64,000 nucleotides of DNA. Origin: Squalus acanthias (lineage: Eukaryota). The DNA is taken from positions 496,001 through 560,000 of the forward strand of contig JASTWF010000035.1 of the NCBI GenBank assembly GCA_030390025.1, read 5' to 3'. Shown here one piece after another: positions 1 through 10,900 of the stretch. The position numbers and the translations under genes were made by a program. The notes below the pieces were generated by a model. The model saw only the letters and a program-made list of their open reading frames with translations. It did not search any database and had not been told where the DNA came from. Position 1 is the first letter of the stretch. Each line of letters starts with the position of its first letter.

Positions 1-3000
1 CTCTCCCTTCTCTGTACACCTCACCCTTCACTGTGCTCCTCACCTTTCACTGTACTCCTCTCCCTTCACTGTACACCTCTCCCTTCACTGTACTCCTCTC
101 TCTTCACTGTACTCCTCTCCCTTCACTGTAGACCTTTCCCTTCACTGTACTCACTCCCTTCACTGTACACCTCTCCCTTCACTGTACACCTCTCCCTTCA
201 CTGTTCACCTCTCCCTTCACTGTTCACCTCTCCCTTCACTGTACATCTCTACCTTCACTGTACACCTCTCCCTTCACTGTACTCCTTTCCCTTCACTGTA
301 CTCCTCTCCGCTCCCTGTACACCTCTCCGCTCCCTGTACACCTATCCGCTCTCTGTACACCTCTCCCTTCACTGTACACCTCTCTCTTCACTGTACTCCT
401 CTCCCTTCACTGTACTCCTATCCCTTCACTGTACTCCTCTCCGCCCCCTGTACACCTCTCCACTCCCTGTACACCTCTCCGCTCTCTGTACACCTCTCGC
501 TTCATTGTACACCTCTCTCTTCACTGTACTCCTCTCCCTTCACTCTACTCCTATCCCTTCACTGTACTCCTCTCCGCTCCCTGTACACCTCTCCGCTCCC
601 TGTACACCTATCCGCTCTCTGTACACCTCTCCCTTCACTGTACACCTCTCTCTTCACTGTACTCCTCTCCCTTCACTGTACTCCTATCCCTTCACTGTAC
701 TCCTCTCCGCCCCCTGTACACCTCTCCGCTCCCTGTACACCTCTCTGCTCCCTGTACACCTCTCGCTTCACTGTACACCTCTCTCTTCACTGTACTCCTC
801 TCCCTTGACTGTATACCTCTCCCTTCACTGTACTCTACTCCCTTCACTGTACACCTCTCCCTTCACTGTATACCTCTCCCTTCACTGTACTCTACTCCCT
901 TCACTGTACACCTCTCCCTTCGCTTTACACGTCAACCTACGCTGTACACCTCTCCCTTCGCTGTACACCTCTCCCTTCACTGTACTCCTCTCCCTTCACT
1001 GTACACCTCTCCCTTCACTGCACACCTCTCCCTTCACTGTACTCCTCTCCCTTCACTGTACACCTCTCCCTTCACTGTACACCTCTCCCTTCACTGTACA
1101 CCTCTCCCTTCACTGTACACCTCTCCCTTCACTGTACACCTCACCCTTCACTCTACTTCTCTCCCTTCACTGTAAACCTCTCCCTTCACTGCACACCTCT
1201 CCCTTCACTGTACTCCTCTCCCTTCACTGTACACCTCTCCCTTCACTGCACACCTCTCCCTTCACTGTACTCCTCTCCCTTCACTGTACACCTCTCCCTT
1301 CACTGTACACCTCTCCCTTCACTGTACACATCACCCTTCACTCTACTTCTCTCCCTTCACTGTACACCTCTCCCTTCACTGTACTCCTCTCCCTTCACTG
1401 TACACCTCTCCCTTCACTGTACTCCTCTCCCTTCACTGTACACCTCTCCCTTCACTGTACTCCTCTCTCTTCACTGTACACCTCTCCCTTCACTGTACAC
1501 CTAACCCTTCACTGTACTCCTCTCCCTTCACTGTACACCTCTCCATTCACTGTACACCTCTCCCTTCACTGTACTCCTCTCCCTTCACTGTATAACTTTC
1601 CCTTCACTGTACTCCTCACCCATCACTGTACAAATCCCCTACGCTGTACACCTCTTCCTTCACTGTACTCCTCTCCCTTCACTGTACACCTCTCCCTTCA
1701 CTTTACACCTCTCTCTTCAGTGTACCCCTCTCTCTTCACTGTACACCTCTCCCTTCACTGTGCTCCTCACCTTTCACTGTACTCCTCTCCCTTCACTGTA
1801 CTCCTCTCCCTTCACTGTACACCTCTCCCTTCACTGTACTCCTCTCTCTTCACTGTACTCCTCTCCCTTCACTGTAGACCTTTCCCTTCACTGTACTCCT
1901 TTCCCTTCGCTGTACTCCTCTCCGCTCCCTGTACACCTCTCCGCTCCCTGTACACCTCTCCGCTCTCTGTACACCTCTCGCTTCACTGTACACCTCTCTC
2001 TTCACTGTACTCCTCTCCCTTCACTGTACTCCTATCCCTTCACTGTACTCCTCTCCGCCCCCTGTACACCTCTCCGCTCCCTGTACACCTCTCCGCTCCC
2101 TGTACACCTCTCGCTTCACTGTACACCTCTCTCTTCACTGTACTCCTCTCCCTTCACTGTATACCTCTCCCTTCACTGTACTGCACTCCCTTCACTGTAC
2201 TCCTCTCCCTTCGCTGTACACGTCAACCTACTCTGTACACCTCTCCCTTCGCTGTACACCTCTCCCTTCACTGTACACCTCTCCCTTCGCTGTACACCTC
2301 TCCCTTCACTGTACTCCTCTCCCTTCACTGTACACCTCTCCCTTCACTGTACTCCTCTCTCTTCACTGCACTACTCTCCCTTCACTGGACTCCTCTCCCT
2401 TCACTGTACACCTCTCCCTTCACTGTACTCCTCTCTCTTCACTGTACTCCTCACCCTTCACTGTACTCCTCTCCCTTCACTGTACACCTCTCCCTTCACT
2501 GTACTCCTCTCTCTTCACTGTACTCCTCTCCCTTCACTGTAAACCTCTCCCTTCACTGTACGCCTCTCCCTTCACTTTACACCTCTCCCATCACTGTACA
2601 CCTCTCCCTTCACTGTACTCCGCTCCCTTCACTGTACACCTCTCCCTTCACTGTACTCCGCTCCCTTCACTGTACTCCTCTCCCTTCATTGTACTCCGCT
2701 CCCTTCACTGTACACCTCTCCCTTCACTGTACTCCTCTCCCTTCACTGTACACCTCCCCCTTCACTGCACACCTCTCCCTTCACTGTATAACTCTACCTT
2801 CACTGTACACCTCTCCCTTCACTGTACTCCTCTCCCTTCACTGTACACCTCTCCCTTCACTGTACTCCTCTCTCTTCACTGTACTCCTCTCCCTTCACTG
2901 TACTCCTCTCCCTTCACTGTACACCTCCCCCTTCACTGCACACCTCTCTCTTCAGTGTACCCCTCTCCGTTCACTGTACCCCTCCCCCTTCACTGTACTC

Positions 3001-4489
3001 CTCTCCCTTCACTGTACACCTCTCCCTTCACTGTACTCCTCTCTCTTCACTGTACTCCTCTCCCTTCACTGTACACCTCTCCCTTCACTGTACTCCTCTC
3101 CCTTCACTGTACACCTCTCCCTTCACTGTACTCCTCTCCCTTCACTGTACTCCTTTCCCTTCGCTGTACTCCTCTCCGCTCCCTGTACACCTCTCCGCTC
3201 CCTGTACACCTCTCCGCTCTCTGTACACCTCTCGCTTCACTGTACACCTCTCTCTTCACTGTACTCCTCTCCCTTCACTGTATACCTCTCCCTTCACTGT
3301 ACTGCACTCCCTTCACTGTACTCCTCTCCCTTCGCTGTACACGTCAACCTACTCTGTACACCTCTCCCTTCGCTGTACACCTCTCCCTTCACTGTACACC
3401 TCTCCCTTCGCTGTACACCTCTCCCTTCACTGTACTCCTCTCCCTTCACTGTACACCTCTCCCATCACTGTACTCCTCTCTCTTCACTGCACTACTCTCC
3501 CTTCACTGGACTCCTCTCCCTTCACTGTACACCTCTCCCTTCACTGTACGCCTCTCCCTTCACTTTACACCTCTCCCATCACTGTACACCTCTCCCTTCA
3601 CTGTACACCTCTCCCTTCACTGTACGCCTCTCCCTTCACTTTACACCTCTCCCATCACTGTACACCTCTCCCTTCACTGTACACCTCTCCCTTCACTGTA
3701 CACCTCTCCCTTCACTGTACACCTCACCCTTCACTCTACTTCTCTCCCTTCACTGTACACCTCTCCCTTCACTGTACTCCTCTCCCTTCACTGTAATCCT
3801 CTCCCTTCACTGTACACCTCTCCCTTCACTGTACTCCTCTCCCTTCACTGTACACCTCTCCCTTCACTGTACTCCTCTCTCTTCACTGTACACCTCTCCC
3901 TTCACTGTACACCTAACCCTTCACTGTACTCCTCTCCCTTCACTGTACAGCTCTCCCTTCACTGTACTCCTCTCCCTTCACTGTACACCTCTCCATTCAC
4001 TGTACACCTCTCCCTTCACTGTACTCCTCTCCCTTCAGTGTATAACTCTCCCTTCACTGTACTCCTCACCCATCACTGTACAAATCTCCTACGCTGTACA
4101 CCTCTTCCTTCACTGTACTCCTCTCCCTTCACTGTACACCTCTCCCTTCACTTTACACCTCTCTCTTCAGTGTACCCCTCTCCCTTCACTGTACACCTCT
4201 CCCTTCACTGTACACCTCTCCCTTCACTTTACACCTCTCTCTTCAGTGTACCCCTCTCCCTTCACTGTACACCTCTCCCTTCACTGTACACCTCTCCCTT
4301 CACTTTACACCTCTCTCTTCAGTGTACCCCTCTCCCTTCACTGTACACAACTCCCTTCACTGTACTCCTCTCCCTTCACTGTACACCTCTCCCTTCACTG
4401 TACTCCTCTCCCTTCACTGTACTCATCTCCCTTCACTGTACACCTCTCCCTTCACTGTTCACCTCTCCCTTCACTGTACACCTCTCCCT
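1..4489. repeat. 19-bp tandem satellite, consensus CTGTA(C/T variants)CACCTCTCCCTTCA; left segment, continues beyond the window
   Basis: Monomer read directly; the 19-aa repeat in the ORF track equals 3 x 19 nt; central TGTACA palindrome; strongly C/T-rich + strand. Confidence 0.98.
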
Positions 4490-4608
4490 TGTAGAATTCG
4501 CAATTATCGCGATTTCATTTTAATAAGGAGAAAACACAAAGTTTCGTTCAAAACAGCTTTTATTTCAGCAGAATGCTGTCAGGTTTAAATTGGACACAAG
4601 CAGCCTGT

Positions 4609-4671
4609 AAAATGGCCGCCGCACCGCGTGACAGAACATTCTAGACTTTTCAGCAGGCAGACAAGATGGCG
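4609..4671 (+). promoter_or_regulatory. Two YY1-like motifs in putative U3 (AAAATGGCCGCC; CAAGATGGCG)
   Basis: Match the YY1 core ATGGC(G/C); both retained in all five LTR copies including diverged LTR C. Function not shown. Confidence 0.45.
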
Positions 4672-5053
4672 TTCCAATAAACATTCTTGCAAGATCGATA
4701 ACGATTCAGCACAGTGAAGACAATACACAGGACATTATGGGTTTACAGTATAAACATCGATACTGGAATCGGTCTCCCAGGTACAAAGGAAAGCCATCAA
4801 GGGCCCATCCAAAGGACATTAATATGTAAACTCCCAACGGCTCTACGATGAGAGAGCCGTTAGCAGGTAGTTATACAGGACACTTGGAAGCCCCAAACCC
4901 CTCCAGGGGGAACACCGACCGATTTAACAATGGGAGAAATATTAACAGGTACTCAAACATTCAGGAGTAGCCCCGAAACCCATTAAGGACAGAGATCACC
5001 CATACAGGACATTTTGGGCGCCAAACCTTAAACAAAAGAATGGACATTGTAGT

Positions 5054-5110
5054 TGGGCGGGAAACGGAAGAACTGTGCACTATAATTGCAGGCCCCAAAC
5101 CGTCCATTCG
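5054..5110 (+). promoter_or_regulatory. Putative LTR core promoter: GGGCGGGAAA (GC/E2F-like), TATAAT at 5081, initiator-like CCATTC ~25 nt downstream
   Basis: GC box and TATAAT are conserved in all five LTRs; the alternative TATAAA at 4749 is TATACA in LTR C. Confidence 0.55.
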
Positions 5111-5851
5111 CTCTCTTGTCGCTTGTCTCTGGCCTCTTGCTCTTGCTCTTGCCTCGTGTTCTTGACTCTTGCCGCTTGTTGCTGTTATCATCGTGGCTGC
5201 TCCTGTGTAAAAGACTGTTGCAAAGACCTATGTTGGTAGCTGGCAGCGGAACCGAAGGCCCGGGATGAGATGAGATGAGATGAGATGAGAGGAGAAGAGA
5301 AGAAGACCTTATCCATCGCCACGGTCAGTAGATCCCGACCGCGCCTGTAGGTCGATCAGCCAAGTCTTCTCGACAGGAAGTTTTCTTCTTTAACAAGACA
5401 TATTGCATCGACGATAACTGGACTGTGCAAACACATCGTATCAGCGATATTGACAACGGTGCTCCACCATACCTTGTATCCAACCAACAGAGGTCTTCAC
5501 TACAGCGGACGGTCCAGCCGACTGACCGAGCAGCAGAAGCAGTAAACAAGTGGGACCAGGAGATCTCCTGACCAACACGTGGGTGCTGCGGTGAAAAACA
5601 TCCGATCAGCTATTCGGGATTTCTCCGAGTTATTACGAGTGGTGAGCATGAGTCTCGGGATCCTACGAAGCTAGTTTAGGATAGACATTGATAGGGGAGG
5701 GTTTAAAGATTAAGGATATTTGTAATGTGTGCCCTATTTACGTTGTGCTGGTCGTTCCTCGTTTCCCTAAGAGTGATTATAACTGTTTGTAAGATTGTAC
5801 TGTCATTAATCTGTGCATATGACATGTATTTCATAATTTTAAGTATCATGC

Positions 5852-5857
5852 AATAAA
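5852..5857 (+). terminator. Putative LTR polyadenylation signal AATAAA (3' LTR equivalent near 18450)
   Basis: GCAATAAAGATTTTCC conserved in all five LTRs, ~240 nt before the LTR end. Confidence 0.6.
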
Positions 5858-6103
5858 GATTTTCCATTTCGTACCGTTCAAACCAAGTCTACATGAGTTT
5901 TATCTCCATTACTGCTCTCGCATCTAAGTCCAGTGTCTAGAACCGTAAGGGAGAGTGATTCGAACCACTCACAGGGGTGTCTAGTGTTCCCAGACTGGCT
6001 GGAGACCAGGCCTAGACCCGCACTGACATACAGGCTGCACAGAGCCGCGTGAATCTCACAGGCTACGAGACACGCAGGGTCAGGAGAGAATCCCTTACAG
6101 AAA

Positions 6104-7915
6104 ATGGCGACCGCGGCAGGACACTGGCAGCGAGAGGGTAGTGTGTTAGATTTTGGAATGACTGTACGAAATGTGATGCAGGAAAAGATAGCGGATTACG
6201 TATTTGGAAAGGTTAATCTAACGAAAAAGTGGATAAGCGAATTGTTAGCGGATAAGAGCCCACTAGAGGCAGCTGAAAGGTGGACTGATAGTAAGGAGCA
6301 TAAAAAGGCAGTTGAGAAAGCAGTCTGGCTTATGTGCTACAAAAGGCAGGTTCAGATTTCAAACCAGACCAATACAGCGCTAACAGCTCGAATCAAGCAT
6401 TTAGAGGAGGAAATGGAGGAGAAGGTTTCTGGAGGGGAGGCGCTCATTAAGAGTTTAAATGAGTTACGCCAGGAAAGCCAGGAAGTCTCCAGTTACCTTA
6501 AAACAAGGGTAGAGTATCTCGAGTGCCAGATCACTGAAGCAAAATTAAACGAGAGTAGGATGAAGGAAAGATGTAACCGTCAAGCTGCCCAGATAAGAAC
6601 TCAAGAAGAGAGCTTAATGGGGGTTAGGTCGGCGTATAAGTTGGCCCTTGAGGATAAGTTTCAGGGAGCCGACCATAGCGCCTGCGAAAAAGAGATAGAG
6701 AGCCTCAAAAGGGCCGTGAATAATGCGAACGGCATGGTGTGCCTTATTAACCCGTCGGCACGCCAGCCGCTAGTAAATGAGAGATTTTGAAATTCCCCAC
6801 CAAGTAAAGCAGAAGAAGTAGTAGCCAGTGCGCCCTCCGCGCCACCCAGCTATTCAGAAACCTGGGTTAGGGAGGAAGCAACGGAAGAAGCAAAAGAGCC
6901 CGTTGAAAAGGAGGTAGAAAAGGGATCGTTGTATCCGGTAACGGGGATTAAAAGGGGCCCAAGCAGAAACGGTGGGGAAGAACCGGGGGATCTCCTCGGA
7001 CAGCTGGTGTTGCCTCACAGTTCACATCAGCTGAGGGCCATGATAAACCACGTAAGGAAGCTGACCGAGATAGACGACCCTTCCGTACATTTCAGGGAAG
7101 TTGAGCAAGCCGCAGCCATCAACGGCTGCGATGATGGGGAGACAGCAAAAATGCTGCTGTTCTCATTAGATAGCTCGGTCCTTCAGTGTCTCTCAGGCGA
7201 TAGCAAGAGGGGTAATAAAAGTTATGAGGAATTGAAAAATGAGGTCCTAGAAGTAGTGGGAGCGAACGACGGAGGTCCGTTTGCTAGAGTGGGACAGACA
7301 GTGCAGATGGAGGGAGAACCCCCGAAGGTTTTTGCCGACAGGCTGTGGCCAGTATATGAGCGCAGCTGTCTAGGTGCGCCCGAGCGCGAAGATGTGGAAG
7401 GCGCCGCTTTAATTCATTGGCTTAGGTGCATAATAGCCAACAGTTTACCAGCCGTTAGAGAGCAGGCAAAAGCCTGGTTCGATCCCAATGACCTCAACCT
7501 TACGGAAGAGTCGGTCTTGAATCGACTCACGTTAGGTTACCGTAACATAAGGGGTATGACGACACGTCCCTTTAAGGGAAGAGTACATGAGGTACGACCC
7601 GCAGCCCCGACTCAAAGAGAGTGGCATCAGGAGGGTAATCGCGCCCCACAGGCAAGTAATGCCTGTTACGGGTGTGGGAAGACAGGGCACTGGCGCAAGC
7701 ACTGCAGGAACCCTTGGAAGGATTCCAAGGATAAAAATCCCGCGGTCCGAACCCAGGCGCCTGTCCCGGCTAAGGAAGCAAAGGCACCCACCTCTCCCGA
7801 AGACCTCGAAGCAGTGTTAGGAGTCATGCGCAAGATGGTTTTGAATGCGCGTGGACAGGTGGCGGTCGCAACCGGCCCCGTAGGTGCCGCAGGACCGTCT
7901 AATAGTGCCCCATGA
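6104..7915 (+). pseudogene. gag: gag (about 603 codons) with one in-frame TGA at 6788-6790
   Basis: ORFs 6104-6790 and 6929-7915 are in frame and 6791-6928 is open (NSPPSKAEEVVASAPSAPPSYSETW...); N-terminal coiled-coil-like region, PSAP/PPSY motifs, one CCHC knuckle CYGCGKTGHWRKHC. Start codon uncertain. Confidence 0.85.
6105..6122 (+). other. Primer binding site, tRNA-Arg(UCG) type: TGGCGACCGCGGCAGGAC
   Basis: 18 nt complementary to the vertebrate tRNA-Arg(TCG) 3' end as I recall it (...GTCCTGCCGCGGTCG-CCA); 5 nt after the LTR; identical in copy C. Confidence 0.85.
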
Positions 7916-10900
7916 CTAGAACCAGCACAGCCCGTCTACCTGTGTCCGCTCAGCTATGATGCGTGGAGGCGACCTGTGGTGGAGATGGAGGTAGAGAAAC
8001 AAAAGGGCAGTTATTTGTTGGACACGGGAGCTTCTTGCACCATAATCCATACAGATGACCCTTTTGACTCGCCGCTATCTACCAAGGTCCCATTCACGCT
8101 AGCAGGGTTCACAGGGAAAGAACAGGCTGGCACGTTTTCCCTCCCGCTATCCATTCGTTTAGGGACACTTCGCCTTAAGTGGAAGTGTATACTGATGGCA
8201 TGGCAAAAGGGGGGTGGAAGAGGTATTCTCGGGTCCGATCTGCTAGCGGGACACGGGATCCTCGTGGACCTCAGAAATCACTGTCTCTGGGGGGCTAAAG
8301 GTGAAAAAGGCGAGGTAATGGTAATTCAAGGGGAGGAAGAAACAGGGGTCCTGTGTACCGTACAGCCATCCGGAGGCTACGACCTCAGGCTTATGGTCGC
8401 AGATGTCCCAACGGACATGCAAACGTACGTGACAGATAATATGCACGCGTTTGCAACCCACAAGCACGATTGTGGGAGGGTGGTCGGGTTTGAGGTCAGC
8501 GTAGATGGGGACCCCATGACCCGACCCCAAAAGCAGTATAACTTCCCCAAAGAAGCAGAACCCGATATGGAGGCAGCAATGTCTTCCTTGGTGCAGCAGG
8601 GCGTGTTGAGGCCGATAGCCACACACGTGAACTCCCCATTATGGCCGGTTAGGAAGCCGGATAATTTGTGGAGAGCCACGGTGGACTACAGAGTCCTTAA
8701 CAGTAACATCCCCGCCTGCGCGCCCACAGTAGCAGCAGTTGCTGACCTAATAGGGAGCATCCCAGCGTCCGCGACCACGTTCACGGTGCTGGATATCTCG
8801 AACGGTTTTTGGTCCATCCCGCTGCGGCGAGAGGACCAGTACAAGTTTGCCTTTACGTTTAAAGGGCAACAGTACACGTGGAACTGCTTGCCACAGGGTT
8901 TCCACAATAGCCCCAGTATTTTTCACCAGTGTATGGCAGGAAGTTTAAAGGAGTTTAGTCAGCCCAATCAGATAGTACAGTATGTGGATGATTTGCTCCT
9001 ATTTACGGACTCAAGGGAGGAGCACGGACCACTACTGGACGAGTTATTGGAGCTGTTAGCGAGAAAGGGTTTTAAAGTAAACCCAAAGAAAGCACGTATC
9101 GGTCAGCAGGAAGTAAAATTCCTGGGACTGACCCTACGCGCTGGGGAAAGAGCCATAGACAAAGCAAGGAGGGAGTCGGTGCAAGAATTACCGATTCCCA
9201 ACAACGTAAGGGGTGTGAGGTCCTTCTTGGGACTGACCGGTTACTGCAGGGATTTTATCGAGGATTATGCGGCCACAGCGGCGCCGCTCCTCCGACTCCT
9301 CCATAAGGGAGTAGAGTGGCTTTGGGACGAGGGCTGCCAAGCAGCCTTCGAGAAGTTAAAAAGGGATCTGCAGACCGCGCCAGCCTTAGGGGCCATAGAT
9401 GGGGGGAAGGAGTTTTTCCTGGAGGTAGCTGCCAGCGGAGACAGCTTAAGCGCCGTGCTGCTCCAAGAGCGTCACGGCAAGCTGAGGCCGGTTGTCTATT
9501 CATCCAGGGTATTAACGGATGTGGAGAGAAGTTTTTCCAATTGCGAAAGGCACCTTTTAGCCACGCATTGGGCTGTGAAAAGATCAGCGATCTTCACAGG
9601 GCTCTCTCCCATCACTCTCCTCACACATCACACACCAACTAAGATGCTTCTGGATGGGAGGATTAAAGACGGGACCGTAAGCAGCGCACGCATTGCGCGT
9701 TGGACCCTTCTTCTCTCCCAGTTGGACATCAGAGTAAAAGGTCTTTGCGAGCCCAGGCTTGCGGCCAATTTGGTATACCCCGGTACAGCCCACCGGTGTT
9801 CGGTGGAGGGGGTGTGGGACGTCAACATAGGTTTACGGGCCGGGATACATCCCAATGGGCGCGAGATTTATGTTGATGGGTCTAGCACAGTATCTGCTGG
9901 CGAGCGACTCACAGGGTGTGGAGTTTATGACCCTGCGGCAGACCTTGCCCTGGCGATCAAGCTCCCTAGCACCATGAGCGCGCAGCAGGCTGAGCTGTCT
10001 GCCGTGGTGTACGTGGTAACCCACCCAGACATTTTCCCAACCCCATACACGATTTGCTCGGACAGTATGTTCACCTGCAATTCGTGTACGGAATACCTGG
10101 CCATTTGGTCCCGCCGTGGATACACCTCCGCGGACGGGCGACCTTTAACGGTAAAGCCCTTGCTGGAAAAGATCTTAGCAGCAGCAGTAGGGGAGGAAGG
10201 GGAGATTTTCATCCATAAGGTGAAAGCTCACTCCTCCACAGAGCCCCGTGGGGAGGGCAACCGGCAGGCGGATGCGCTAGCCAGGGAGGGTGCCCGCGAC
10301 GGTACTTTCTGGAACCCCTATAGAACCGGACCCATAGCAGCGGTCCGAGGTGGGGACGGGAATACCGGGAACACCAGGGTAGCATTGCCCCTAGACCTTA
10401 AGACCGTTCAAGCCCAGGATCCCGCCCTAAAAGCAGTCCTAAAAACGATTGCTGAGGGGAGGCAGGTAGAAGGTCCGTACAGTACGGCAACCCTCTCAGT
10501 TAAGGAAGGCATGCTGTTCCGCGAGGAGCAGTGGGTTGTGCCGCAGCAGCACAGGAGGGAATTCCTCCAGTTGGCTCACGAGGGACCAGGGGCAGGGCAC
10601 CCCGGGCCCGAGGTTACCTGGCAACGGGTAGAGCAAGCGGGATGGTGGCCAGGGCTCAGGGAACAAGTCCGCGAGTTCTGTGCAAACTGTCTTGTGTGCG
10701 CTGCAAACAACCCAGACCCCCAGAAAAGGAAGGTGCCCATGGGACACGTAAGAAGGGTAGAGGGACCATGGCAGTCGATACAGATCGACTATATAGGACC
10801 CCTGCCCACCACCCAGGGAGGTTATAAGTACTGCCTCGTCCTGGTGGATGTGTTTTCCAAGTGGGTGGAAGCCTTCCCTTGTCGAACAGCTACGGCACTG

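Larger units (their letters stand above)
4490..6099 (+). repeat. 5' LTR of provirus A (1610 bp)
   Basis: Starts TGTAGAATTCG, ends CCCTTACA; differs from the 3' LTR by a few substitutions and a 14-bp indel in the CT-rich tract. Confidence 0.97.
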
